Assembly (NCBI GenBank): GCA_002898535.1
Contig: BEHN01000003.1
Location: 192,952 to 256,951, forward strand
DNA: 64,000 nt
Origin: a bacterium HR11
GTDB taxonomy: Bacteria; Acidobacteriota; HRBIN11
Direction of reading: 5' to 3'
Of the stretch, positions 41,939 through 53,600 are shown piece by piece. A program made the position numbers and the translations under genes. The notes under the pieces were generated by a model. The model was not told the origin of the DNA. It saw only the letters and a list, made by a program, of their open reading frames with translations, and did not search any database. Numbering within the stretch: the first letter of the stretch is position 1; every line of letters begins with the position of its first letter.

Positions 41939-42535
41939 CTACGGGTCGATGGTGTACATCTTCTGCAGACGGTCCGGCGGGGCGACGACGATGACCTTCC
42001 CCTCGACTCGATAGGCCAAGTGATACATGCGAGTGAGCAGGTCGAAGAGCTGGTCCCAAGGCACGTCCTTGACCCGGAGGGTGACTTTCCCCTGGACGTC
42101 CGGGGCCATCAGGACGTTGAAGCCGCCCGTCTGGCCCAACATTTCCAAGAGGTCCCGGAGGTCGGCATCGGCGACCTCCAGGGATACCGGTGAACCCCGG
42201 AAAGTCGGCTGTACCGACAGGGTCCGGGGCTTCGCCTCGGCGGTCTGCCCGTCTTCCGGATAGTCGGCCGCCGCCCGGTCCGCCGGCCCTCCCGCCGACG
42301 CTCGCCCGTCCGTCCCGTCACAGGGCCGATCCCACAGGACAGCCGTTACCTCGGAGACTCGAAAGAAGAGGGTCGGTCGGCCGGTCCGATCCAACCGGTA
42401 GCCGCCGGAGACCCTCTGCAGGGTTCCCTCCAAGGCCCGGCCGTCCGAGCGGATCAGACAGTCCCGGGCCCATGCGGTCACGCCCAGGCTCAAAGAGAGC
42501 CCGGCCATCAGGCCGAGTCGTACGATAGACCGCAT
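41939..42535 (-). CDS. Stand-alone secretin N-terminal (N0/STN-like) domain protein with signal peptide
   Basis: VSLEVADADLRDLLEMLGQTGGFNVLMAPDVQGKVTLRVKDVPWDQLFDLLTRMYHLAYRVEGKVIVVAP resembles the PilQ/GspD N0 block; no secretin pore domain follows. Confidence 0.5.
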   Translation of the reverse strand: MRSIVRLGLMAGLSLSLGVTAWARDCLIRSDGRALEGTLQRVSGGYRLDRTGRPTLFFRVSEVTAVLWDRPCDGTDGRASAGGPADRAAADYPEDGQTAEAKPRTLSVQPTFRGSPVSLEVADADLRDLLEMLGQTGGFNVLMAPDVQGKVTLRVKDVPWDQLFDLLTRMYHLAYRVEGKVIVVAPPDRLQKMYTIDP

Positions 42536-42601
42536 GACCCCTCCATTCGGCCCTGCCCGACGGCGAGGGCCTCTCCCGGGGGTGTAGCTTCGGAGAGGCC
42601 T

Positions 42602-42925
42602 TCAGACGGAGAAGGAATGGCCACAGCCGCAAGTCGCCGTGGCGTTCGGATTCCGGACGGTGAACCCGCGTCCCATCAGGCCGTCGACGAAGTCGATCTC
42701 GGCCCCCTGCACGAACTGATAGCTCACGGGGTCGACGACGACCTTGATGCCGTGGAGCTCAAAGACCTGGTCGTCCTGCTTGATTTCGTCGTCGAACAGC
42801 ATTTGGTACTGGAAGCCGGAGCATCCGCCGGGGACGATCATCAGTCGAAGGGCAAAGTCCTTGTCGGGGTACTCCTTCAGCATCTCCCGGATGACGGAAG
42901 CCGCTTTTTCGGTGACCTGAATCAT
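42602..42925 (-). CDS. erpA: Iron-sulfur cluster insertion protein (HesB/IscA/ErpA family)
   Basis: MIQVTEKAASVIREML...GGCSGFQY...C-terminal CGCGHSF; GGAGGTGA 5 nt before the ATG. The tool's longer ORF is repeat read-through. Confidence 0.8.
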   Translation of the reverse strand: MIQVTEKAASVIREMLKEYPDKDFALRLMIVPGGCSGFQYQMLFDDEIKQDDQVFELHGIKVVVDPVSYQFVQGAEIDFVDGLMGRGFTVRNPNATATCGCGHSFSV

Positions 42926-42984
42926 GCGCTCACCTCCATGCCGGGGGCTCGGTCGGCATTCAGTGTTGGATATTGGGTGTTCGG

Positions 42985-43198
42985 TATGTTGAAAAGCATA
43001 GAGCGTATTTCCAAACCTCCATTCCACCGCTGAGACGCCGAGAACGCAGAGAAGAATCGAAGAAACACCCTCGTCCTCCGCGTCCTCCGCGCCCCGGCGG
43101 TGCGTTTTGCAACAGGCTCTAACAGGGCCGTTCGGTTCGTGAGAATGACGTCGGAGCCACCTTTCCCATCGCACTTCTTACCTCCCGAACGGCTCTGG
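42985..43198 (+). repeat. Composite: module 5 (CCATTCCACCGCTGAGACGCCGAGAA...GGCGGTGCGTTTTGCAACAG) plus a family-1 palindromic unit
   Basis: Module 5 recurs at 43665-43790 (inverted) and 49043-49125. Confidence 0.55.
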
Positions 43199-43318
43199 TA
43201 TCAAAGATAGGATAAGTTCCTGCGGACGGCCCGTCAATGGAATTGGGGGATTCACGGCCGTCAGGTGTCGGATTTTGGGCAGGGGGGATTGCGAATTGTG
43301 ACTCGGTCTTGAGAACCA

Positions 43319-43433
43319 GTCTCATAAATCCGACGGGACCGGGATCGGACCCTTAGATATTAGACCTCAGACCATGGACCCCCTGGGCCCAAGCGAGTCT
43401 ATGGTCTGTGGTCTATGGTCGGATTTATGAGAC
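43319..43433. mobile_element. Family-2 MITE-like element (TCTCATAAATCCGAC TIRs)
   Basis: gtctcataaatccgac...gtctatggtctgtggtctatggtcggatttatgagac. Confidence 0.55.
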
Positions 43434-43469
43434 CGCTTGGGGAAAGACGGTTTTTCAAGCCAAGGGCCA

Positions 43470-43790
43470 TTCGGGAGCTCGGGAGTTCGGGAATCCGGGA
43501 ATTCGGCAGGTCGGCAGGTGGGCCGGTGGGCAGGTCGGCCGGGGGGCCGGTCGACCGACCTGCCTATCGGCCGACTGCCCATCTGCCGAATGCTTGAAAC
43601 ATCGTACTTCCCGGGGGATGGGAAAGGTGGTCCCGACATCATTCTCACGAACCGAAGGGCCCTGTTAGAGCCTGTTTCAAAACGCACCGCCGGGGCGCGG
43701 AGGCCGCAGAGGCCGAGGGTTTTTCTTCGATTTTTCTTTGCGTTCTCGGCGTCTCGGCGGTGAAATGGAGTTTTTGAAATACGCTTTGAT
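43470..43790. repeat. Composite: CCGAATTC-type octamers, GGCAGGT heptamers, family-1 core (inverted) and module 5 (inverted)
   Basis: ttcgggagctcgggagttcgggaatccgggaattcggcaggtcggcaggtgggcc...ttctcacgaaccgaagggccctg... Confidence 0.5.
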
Positions 43791-43807
43791 ATCCGACACC
43801 GGACGTC

Positions 43808-44085
43808 TCGCATCCCCCATCTTGCATCCTGCGTCCTGCATCTTGCATCATAAGGATGTTAGCAGAGCCGTTCGGTTCGTGAGAATGGGGTCGGAACCAC
43901 CTTTCCCATCCCCCGGAAAGTACGATGTTTCAAAGGGACGGGGGGACGCGCCGGGGTGATGGATTATTGGCTCATGGCTCATGGCTGATGGCTCATGGGA
44001 CTATGAGCCATGAGCTATGAGCCAACATGGGCCATGAGCCAATAAGGCCGAGTCCATGCGGGTTTTCACGAACCGAACGGCTCTG
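43808..44085 (+). repeat. Composite upstream region of the TPR-HD operon: family-3 array (43808-43850), family-1 element (43864-43940), family-4 palindrome (43962-44050), family-1 core (44055-44085)
   Basis: All four modules abut each other and end 18 nt before the TPR gene ATG. Confidence 0.5.
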
Positions 44086-44103
44086 TCAGGGGAGGTCGGT
44101 GCG

Positions 44104-44559
44104 ATGGCCGGGGCGATGGCGCAACGGATCGCTGAGGCGCAGGTGGCCATTCAGCAGAAGGCCTTCTACACGGCACGGGACTACCTGCAGGAAGTCCTGG
44201 AGGAGGACCCCGATCATCCCCAAGCCTTGGCTCTCTATGGCTATGTGTTAGCCCTCGGGTTCCGGGAATACGAACGGGGCCTGGATTGCATCCGGCAGGC
44301 CATCGAGCGGGAGATGTACCGTCCCGAGTGGTACGTCTGGATGGCTGAGATTTACCTCCGCCTCGGAGACCGGAAGTCGGCGGTCGAGGCCGTCGAGACG
44401 GCGCTCCGGTGGGACCCCCATCACAGGGGCGCCTTGGCCCTGCGCTCCAAGATGGGGTTCCGCCGCCGACCGGTCCTGCCCTTCCTGCCCCGGTCCCATC
44501 CCCTGAACGTCTGGCTCGGGAAGCTCCGGCACCGCCTCCTGGAACGGAATCGACGATGA
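44104..44559 (+). CDS. Small TPR-like protein, ATGA-coupled to the downstream HD gene
   Basis: MAGAMAQRIAEAQVAIQQKAFYTARDYLQEVLEEDPDHPQALALYGYVLA... two or three TPR-like helices; GGAGG 10 nt upstream. Confidence 0.5.
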   Translation: MAGAMAQRIAEAQVAIQQKAFYTARDYLQEVLEEDPDHPQALALYGYVLALGFREYERGLDCIRQAIEREMYRPEWYVWMAEIYLRLGDRKSAVEAVETALRWDPHHRGALALRSKMGFRRRPVLPFLPRSHPLNVWLGKLRHRLLERNRR

Positions 44560-45980
44560 AGACGACCTGGGCCCCCTATGCGGGGGTCGGGATATTCAAC
44601 GACCCGATCCACCGGACGGTCCGCTTCACGGTCCCCGTCGCTGGCCGGGACGAGGTGACCGAGAAGGACCTCATCGACCATCCGTGGCTTCAACGGCTCC
44701 GGTCCATCTTTCAGCTCCAGAGTGCCCGCTGGGTGTACCCCTCGGCCGAGCACACGCGATTTCAGCACAGTTTGGGTTCGATGGCCGTCGCCAGCCTGTG
44801 GGCCCATCAGGTCTATCCGACGCTCCGGCAGGCCGCGCCCGACACGCCGTCGCCGGGCCTCGTCGAGGCCCTCCTTCGGGTGGCGGCCCTGTGCCACGAC
44901 ATCGGCCACGGTCCCTTTTCCCACTTTTTCGAGGAGAACTACCTGCGACCCCGTGGGTTGACCCACGAGCAGATGGGGGCTCGCATCGTTCTGGAGGTCC
45001 TGGCCGAGGCCATTCGGGGCATCCGGCGGACGCCGGCGTATGAACTCGAACCGGGGGAAGTCCTGGACCCCCGGTGGGTCGCCTTTCTGATCCAGAAAGG
45101 CCGGGTGGCGGATCCCGAGGTTCCCCTATGGGTCCGGCTCCTGGCGCCCGTGTTCGGCGGCGTCTACACGGCCGACAACATGGACTATGTCTTGCGGGAC
45201 TCCTACATGTGCGGGGTCGCCGCGGGTCCCGTCGACATCCATCGTCTCCTGTACTACACCTTTTTTACGTCGGAGGGCCTGACCGTCCATCGGGCCGGGA
45301 CCCAGGCCCTGTATATGTTCCTGGCGGCCCGGCTCTATTTATACCAGAACGTGTATTATCACCGGACGGCCCGGGCCATCGACTTGCAGATGCGGGAGAT
45401 TTTCCCCGAGACGATGGCGTCCCTGGAGACGGAACTCCCGGGGCCACCCGAACAAGACTTGACGGCCTATTACCGGTTGACGGATTGGTTTATCTTTGAG
45501 ACCGTCCGACGGTGGCAAGGGGAGCGGTCCGGTTCGACACGACATCGCATCGCCCAGGCGTGGCAGAGGCTGATAGACCGGCAGATCGAATGGAAGGCCG
45601 TCTTCGAAACGACGTTGACGTTGGCCTCGGCCGACCACCTGCGGGCCGTCGACGTCGGGAGCGAACGTCTGGAGGCATACATCCGGGAGGCCCTCCCGCC
45701 GTCGCTTCGGTCGCTGGACCTGCGGGTCGATATGGCGATGAAGGACGCCCGGCCGCTCAACCCCTTGCAGATGGGTTCCCAGCAGGTCTACGTCTATGAC
45801 CCGGCGACCCGGACGGTCGGCAAGGAGGCCCTATCTCGCCTCTTGGAATGGCTCCCGGCCCGCATCGTGCAGTTCAGGGTCTTCGCCCGGAGCTACGAAC
45901 ACGCCTCGGAGGTCGGCCGGGCCGTCGAGCGAGTCCTTCGTCACCTGATAGGGGAGGGCGGTAAGGCGATGAAGCAGTAG
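44556..45980 (+). CDS. HD-domain dNTP triphosphohydrolase (SAMHD1/dGTPase-like)
   Basis: EHTRFQHSLGSMAVA...ALCHDIGHGPFSHFFEE matches the SAMHD1/Dgt signature HD(L/I)GHGPFSH. Confidence 0.75.
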   Translation: MKTTWAPYAGVGIFNDPIHRTVRFTVPVAGRDEVTEKDLIDHPWLQRLRSIFQLQSARWVYPSAEHTRFQHSLGSMAVASLWAHQVYPTLRQAAPDTPSPGLVEALLRVAALCHDIGHGPFSHFFEENYLRPRGLTHEQMGARIVLEVLAEAIRGIRRTPAYELEPGEVLDPRWVAFLIQKGRVADPEVPLWVRLLAPVFGGVYTADNMDYVLRDSYMCGVAAGPVDIHRLLYYTFFTSEGLTVHRAGTQALYMFLAARLYLYQNVYYHRTARAIDLQMREIFPETMASLETELPGPPEQDLTAYYRLTDWFIFETVRRWQGERSGSTRHRIAQAWQRLIDRQIEWKAVFETTLTLASADHLRAVDVGSERLEAYIREALPPSLRSLDLRVDMAMKDARPLNPLQMGSQQVYVYDPATRTVGKEALSRLLEWLPARIVQFRVFARSYEHASEVGRAVERVLRHLIGEGGKAMKQ

Positions 45981-45991
45981 GGCCGTTTCCC

Positions 45992-47742
<1,751 letters not shown>

Positions 47743-47761
47743 GGGCGCAGACGTCCCGTCT

Positions 47762-48439
47762 GTGGGAGCGCAGGCCTCTGGCCTGCCGAGAAGATACGCC
47801 GTGAGGGACCATCGCTACTGGCGCTTTAACTTGGCCCGGACGCCGATCCGGCTCCGGGCCTCGACCGTGAGCCTGTGGCTTCTGGTCGCCCTGGGCGCTG
47901 TCGCTTTCTTTTTAACGGACCTGGCCCTTCTGGCGGTAGAAGCCCAGCGGACGTACCAGGCGTACCAGCGCCGTCAGTCCCTCCGGCAGGCCGCCGCCCG
48001 CCAGCAGGCGACCATCGACCGGATCCGCCGTCAGATCCAACAGGCCGACACGCCGACCTTCCGTCAGGAGTGTGCCTTTCTGGGTCAACAGCTCCAGGCC
48101 CGGAACTTCTCGTGGTCCGACCTTCTGCGACACCTGGAGGAGGTCCTGCCGCCGAACGTCCGCATGCAGGCCATCACGCCGAATCCCCGGGAGTCGTCGC
48201 CGGGGTCGCCCACGCAGGCCGCCGGGACGATTCCGGTCGCCCTAATCGTGGAAGCCCGCCGGCTCCAGGACTTTACCGAGATGTTCCACCGGATGTATCA
48301 GAGCGGTCTGTTTTCGGACATCCGCGTCCGTCGGGAGGAGCGAGACGCCCAAACGCAGACGATCCGCTTTGACATGACCGTCCTGTATCGGACCCGCCCC
48401 GAGGTCCTGTCGGCCCTGGCCGGTGAGCGAGGACCATGA
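47762..48439 (+). CDS. pilN: PilN-like type IV pilus / T2SS inner-membrane platform protein (GTG start)
   Basis: Short cytoplasmic N-terminus, one TM (LWLLVALGAVAFFLTDLALLAV), then coiled-coil and PilN-type periplasmic domain. Confidence 0.55.
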   Translation: MGAQASGLPRRYAVRDHRYWRFNLARTPIRLRASTVSLWLLVALGAVAFFLTDLALLAVEAQRTYQAYQRRQSLRQAAARQQATIDRIRRQIQQADTPTFRQECAFLGQQLQARNFSWSDLLRHLEEVLPPNVRMQAITPNPRESSPGSPTQAAGTIPVALIVEARRLQDFTEMFHRMYQSGLFSDIRVRREERDAQTQTIRFDMTVLYRTRPEVLSALAGERGP

Positions 48440-49041
48440 ACTGGCGGACCTTTGAGCGGCTCGAAACGATCTGGCAGTGGATGGAGCGCCGACACTTCGC
48501 CCGGTGGGTCCTGACTCTGCTGATCATCGACCTCGCCCTGCTGGTCGTCGGATACGGCCCCCTACGGTGGATGGACACGCGCCTGCGGGCTGACATGCAA
48601 GCCGCCGAGCAGGACGTGCGGGCGACCCGTCAGGCCCTCCTGGAATGGCACTCGGCGCTCCAACGGGTCCAGCGGGCCCAACGGACGCGGGATGACCTCC
48701 TCTATCGTCAGTTCCTTCCGGAGGACCGGGGCTTCCCGGCCGTCCGGGACGCCCTCGAGACGATGGCCATGCAAGCCGGTCTGCGGGTCCAGAACTTCAC
48801 ATATGCTTATGAAGCCGTGAAGGTCCCCCCCGTGCAGAGCCTCGGCGTCCAATTTTCTCTTACCGGTGGCTACGAGCAGATTCGACGGTTCATCCAGAGC
48901 ATCGAGACGGCGCCCCAATTCCTGATCTTGGAATCGATTCGACTCCGCTCCTCCCAGCAGGGCGGCGGCGTCGAGCTGGAGTTGACCCTCCGGACTTTCT
49001 TGGTCCGGGGCGCGGCGGGTAGGGAGAAAGGGACGGAGTGA
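48436..49041 (+). CDS. pilO: PilO-like platform protein
   Basis: TM (WVLTLLIIDLALLVVGY), coiled-coil, PilO/GspM C-terminal fold; ATGA overlap with pilN. Confidence 0.55.
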   Translation: MNWRTFERLETIWQWMERRHFARWVLTLLIIDLALLVVGYGPLRWMDTRLRADMQAAEQDVRATRQALLEWHSALQRVQRAQRTRDDLLYRQFLPEDRGFPAVRDALETMAMQAGLRVQNFTYAYEAVKVPPVQSLGVQFSLTGGYEQIRRFIQSIETAPQFLILESIRLRSSQQGGGVELELTLRTFLVRGAAGREKGTE

Positions 49042-49042
49042 C

Positions 49043-49280
49043 GAGAGCGTTCCATTCCACTGCTGAGACGCCGAGAAAAATCGAAGAAAACCCTCGTCCT
49101 CTGCGCCTCGGCGGTGCGTTTTGCAACAGACCCGACCTGCCGACCTGCCGACCTGCCGAATTCCCGAATTCCCGAATTCCCGAACTCCCGAATGGCTCTT
49201 GGCTTGAAAAACCGTCCTCTCCGAATGGTCGGAAAAGCCGGATCCATGCGGGTTTTTACGAACCGAACGGTTCCGTTCTA
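49043..49280. repeat. Composite: module 5, GGCAGGT heptamers, (CCGAATTC)n octamers, family-1 core (inverted)
   Basis: ...gacctgccgacctgccgacctgccgaattcccgaattcccgaattcccgaactcccgaatgg...catgcgggtttttacgaaccgaacgg. Confidence 0.5.
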
Positions 49281-49288
49281 TGACAAAC

Positions 49289-49410
49289 GATCTCATAAAT
49301 CCGACCATAGACCCCAGACCATAGACCTGCTTGGACCCAGGGGTCTATGGTCCATGGTCTGAGGTCTAATATCTAAGGTCCGATCCCAGTCCCGTCGGAT
49401 TTATGAGACT
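49289..49410. mobile_element. Family-2 MITE-like element
   Basis: gatctcataaatccgaccatagaccccagaccatagacc...ggtctatggtccatggtctgaggtc...gtcggatttatgagac. Confidence 0.55.
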
Positions 49411-49492
49411 GGTTGTAAGACACAAGATAAGCCCCGATTCGCCATCGGGCCGTTCCGCCATTCGGCAATCCGCCATCCGATAGGTCATCCCC

Positions 49493-49981
49493 ATGTCGGA
49501 GACCCGTTTCAAAATCGGTGAACTCGCCCGGCACGCGGGCGTGACGCCCCGGACGATTCACTACTACGTCCACATCGGCCTCTTGCCGCCGCCCAAGGGA
49601 GGGGGCCGGTACAGCTACTACACCGAGGAGCACCTCCGGCGTCTCCGCATCATCCGTCAACTCCAGCGTTACTTCATCCCCCTCCGTCGCATCAAGGAGG
49701 CCCTGCGTCTGAAGTCTTTAGAAGAACTCGAAGAAGAAGTCGCCCGGGCCCACCGCGTGGCCCACGAGTACCGGGATGCCCTGCGGACCGCCATACCGAT
49801 GACGCCCGAGCGGACGACCTGGGAACGCATCGTCCTCCAGGACGGCCTGGAGCTTCACTACCGTCTCCCGATGGCCACGGGCGTCCAGCAGTTCATCGAG
49901 TTCATCCTCCAGCACGCCCGGACGTGGCCCCCGGCGGAGCCGTCGGAAGGACCCGATGCAGGCGGGGGAGTCAGGGGGTAG
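49493..49981 (+). CDS. MerR-family transcriptional regulator
   Basis: FKIGELARHAGVTPRTIHYYVHIGLLPPP HTH and coiled-coil dimerisation helix. Confidence 0.75.
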   Translation: MSETRFKIGELARHAGVTPRTIHYYVHIGLLPPPKGGGRYSYYTEEHLRRLRIIRQLQRYFIPLRRIKEALRLKSLEELEEEVARAHRVAHEYRDALRTAIPMTPERTTWERIVLQDGLELHYRLPMATGVQQFIEFILQHARTWPPAEPSEGPDAGGGVRG

Positions 49982-50054
49982 GGATGGGGAATGGGAATTA
50001 GGCATTGGGAATGAGGAATGGGGAATGGGGGATGGGGAGTGGGATGAGGCATCG

Positions 50055-50082
50055 GGGGAAGTCGGGGCTCTCCGACTTCCCC
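50055..50082. terminator. Bidirectional terminator hairpin between convergent merR-like and roadblock genes
   Basis: ggggaagtcgg-ggctct-ccgacttcccc (perfect 11-bp stem), preceded by a (GGGAATG)n heptamer run at 49980-50045. Confidence 0.45.
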
Positions 50083-50084
50083 GT

Positions 50085-50432
50085 CTACCCTGGCCGCAGG
50101 CCCAAGGTGCGCCACAGGCGGGGCCAGTCGGTCGTCCGGGGGTCGAGGAGGACGCCCCGGAAGCCGCCCTGGGTCATGACGATGCCGACGTCGCCGCCGA
50201 CGTAGACCCAGAAGTCCTGGGGGAGCCAGTTGTGGTCCGTCAGGGCCGTCAGGTTGCTGGCCAGGGTGTGGAGGGTCATGGTGACGGTGGCGCAGTACTG
50301 GGCCAGCGTGGCCAGGAGTTGGGGGCTGACGGGTTGTCGGGTCCGGTAGGCCGTGTACTGGCCGTCGGGCGTGAAGACGAAGGCGACCTGGACGCCGGGG
50401 ATGTCCATCAATTCATCCAAGGAGTCGGTCAT
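50085..50432 (-). CDS. Roadblock/LC7 (MglB-like) domain protein
   Basis: 115 aa, MTDSLDELMDIPGVQVAFVFTPDGQ... alpha-beta-beta-alpha-beta-beta pattern typical of Roadblock/LC7. Confidence 0.6.
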   Translation of the reverse strand: MTDSLDELMDIPGVQVAFVFTPDGQYTAYRTRQPVSPQLLATLAQYCATVTMTLHTLASNLTALTDHNWLPQDFWVYVGGDVGIVMTQGGFRGVLLDPRTTDWPRLWRTLGLRPG

Positions 50433-50681
50433 GGGGCCTCCCTGCCGGGCGGGGGGAGATGCGGGCCGGGTCCCCGGGGAGGGGTTCCCGGCCCCGCTCG
50501 TCCGGGCGGGCGCTCCGCTCCGAACCCCGCTCGTCAGAGCGGGGTCCCAGGAATCCCCCCTCCGCTCCGGCCCCCGCTCGTCCGGGCGGGGGTCGGGAAG
50601 ATGCAGGATGGGGCGTCGGGGGGGACCCGGCTTCCCTCATCGCTGGATGGGGCGCGGGCCCCGACCCCCACGCCGGGGTGT

Positions 50682-53600
50682 TCACGGTCCGTACAGCAAC
50701 AGGTTAAAGGCCCGGGTGATGAAGACGGCCATCTGGGCCCGGTTGACGGGGTCCAGCGGACAGTAGGTCGTCGCCGTGCACCCGCCGGTGACATTGTTCG
50801 CCCACATCCAGTGCACATGCCGACAGTAGAACACCCCGTCGGGCACGTCCGTGAAGTGGTTGGGCGCGCTGTCGGTGCAGTCCCAGCTCCCGCCCGGGCC
50901 GCTCCCGGACAGCGGCGGGTCCGTCCCCAAGACGGCCCGGCTGATAAAGATGGCCATCTGGGCCCGGTTGACGGGGTCCAGCGGACAGTAGGTCGTCGCC
51001 GTGCACCCGCCGGCGATGTTGTTGGCCCACATCCAATGGACATGGGGACAGTAGAACACCCCGTCGGGCACGTCCGTGAAGTGGTTGGTCGCATTGTCCG
51101 TGCAGTCCCAGCTCCCGCCCGGACCGCTCCCGGACAGCGGCGGGTCCGTCCCCAAGACGGCCCGGCTGATAAAGATGGCCATCTGGGCCCGATTGACCGT
51201 CTGAAGCGGGCAGTAGTCGCTGGCCGTACAGCCGCCCGTCACGCCCCGGTGCAACAGCGTCTCCACCGCCTTGTAGTAAAACACATTCGGCGCCACGTCG
51301 GCAAAGCTCGGCCCGATGTGGAGCGTCCACGTCTTGGGCGGCTGGCTTCCGCTTCCTACGACGCTCACTGTCTCATCGAACGTCACGTCCCTGTGGCCCG
51401 TCCCCGTCCGGGTCCCCGTGATGGCGTAGCAGTCGCCCGTAGCCGTCTGGCAGTCGGCCGTCCCCCCGGCCGGGATCGTCCCGTAGGCGGCCGCCGCGTC
51501 CGTCAGCGACGCCACGACCCCCGGCGGGTCCACCACGTTGGAAGCATTGCCATTCAATATATGTGAGGTGTTGTCGTTATTCCTCCAGGCCGGCACGACC
51601 GTCACGGCTTCGCCCGAGTCCCACACGCCGTTGCCGTCGGGGTCCCCCGCGATCGCCAGGCCCGTCCCCGCCAGCGGAGGGGGCGCCTCATAAGAGCCGA
51701 TGTCGCACACGGCGACGCCGTCGCCATCGCCATCCTGGGGGCGGGTGACGCCGTTTTGCGATTGGTTGTTCACAGGTACGTTATTACAGGTGGTGTTATC
51801 GCCGGCATCAATCGCCGGGCTATCGGGATTAAGCGGGAAGTAGGCCGGCGAGCCGGTCGGTGTGCCAAGCATAGGGTCCACGCCGATGACGTTGCCGTTG
51901 ACGCCGTTGACAAGGCCGCAGGCGTGGGCGCTGTCTTCGATGAGGTTGTTCTTGGAGGTAGGGTCGACAGTTCCGCCGAGCTGCCCGCAGTCCCCACCGC
52001 TCGTGCTGTTGGCGATGATGGTGTTCTTGAGCGTGACCATACCCGAAGTAAGGTCGATGCCGCCGCCGCGGATGCCGGCGCTATTTCCACTCACCGTACA
52101 ATTCGTCATCCTGAGGGTGGCCCAACTACCAAAGCCGGTCTTGGCATTGGCAATGCCGCCGCCGTAGCCGCCGGCGCTATTTCCACTCACCGTGCAGTTT
52201 GTCATCGTGAGCACGCCTGAATTCGAAATGCCGCCGGCGACGTAGACGACGCTATTTCCACTCACCGTACAATTTTCCATCGTGAGCGTGCCTTTATTAT
52301 TCGAAATGCCGCCGCTGCCACCGCCGGCGCTATTTCCACTCACCGTGCAATTTTTCATCGTGAGCGTGCCGTCATTGTAAATGCCGCCGCCCCCGCCGCC
52401 GCTGCCGGTGCCATTTTCACTTACCGTGCAGTTTGTCATCGTGAGCGTGCCTGAATTCGAAATGCCGCCGCCGGCGCCGCCGGCGATATTTCCACTCACC
52501 GTGCAGTTTGTCATCGTGAGCGTGCCTGCATTCAAAATGCCGCCGCCGGAGTCAAAGCTGGTGAGACCGTTTGCTATCGTCAGGCCAGATATCTGCACCG
52601 TCTTACCGCTGCTTATGTTGAACACCCTCGTCGCATTATTCCCGCTCACGGTCAACTGATCCGCACCAGGCCCAACGATCGCCAGATTCTTGTCTATCAA
52701 AAGCTCGCCCAGCGTGGAATCAAGCGTGATCGTGCCGGTCACGGTGATCTGAATCGTGTCCCCATCACCGGCAGCAGCTATCTCTCCCCTCAGGCATTGC
52801 GAGCAATTACTCGCATCCGATGTACTACTCACCGTACGCAAATTCCCTACCCCCAAAACATATTCATAAGAACCTACAAAACCTCCCTGGTCCTTCGCAA
52901 CAACCGTGAAAACAAATATACCTGCCTGATCAGGTGTCCCCGAGATCACCCCACCCGTGGAAAGGCTCAGCCCATTCGGCAGGTTAGAGCCAGAAGCCAG
53001 TGAAAAATTGTATGGAGAAGTACCCCCAACTGCAGAGATGCTCTGGTTGTAATTCTGACCAATGATCGCAAATGGCAGTGAGGTCGGGGAAAGGAAAATA
53101 TTTGCCTCCGACGCCCCCATGTCAACCGTGTTGTTGACTACTCTCGCAGAGCCGCGCTGGTCCGTCGTGAGCGGGTTCCCGTCGGGGTCTTTGGCCAGAT
53201 CGTTGCTACCGCGATCAATTGCAGGGCTATTACCCAGCAAGGCGTGTGTCTGTGTGGGCCCACCGTAGTTCCCCAGCGGCAGCAGCTTGGGATCTTGCCC
53301 CGTGATGTAATGGGTTGAGCCTGGTGGAAGCGATGTACCGGTTGTGTCCTTGATCAGGTTGAAGTCGCCGGAGCTGACCGGCCCATCGATGTCTGGATGA
53401 CCGCCGTTTGACACGTTGTTTGCCACTATGCTGTTGTTGAGGTTGAGCGTGCCTACATTGTGAATGCCGCCGCCGCCGCTGGATGTATTTCCACTCACTG
53501 TGCAGTTTGTCATCGTGAGCGTGCCTGCATTGAGAATGCCGCCGCCGGCGCCGGCGCTATTTCCACTCACCGTGCAATTTGTCATCGTAATCGTGCCAAC

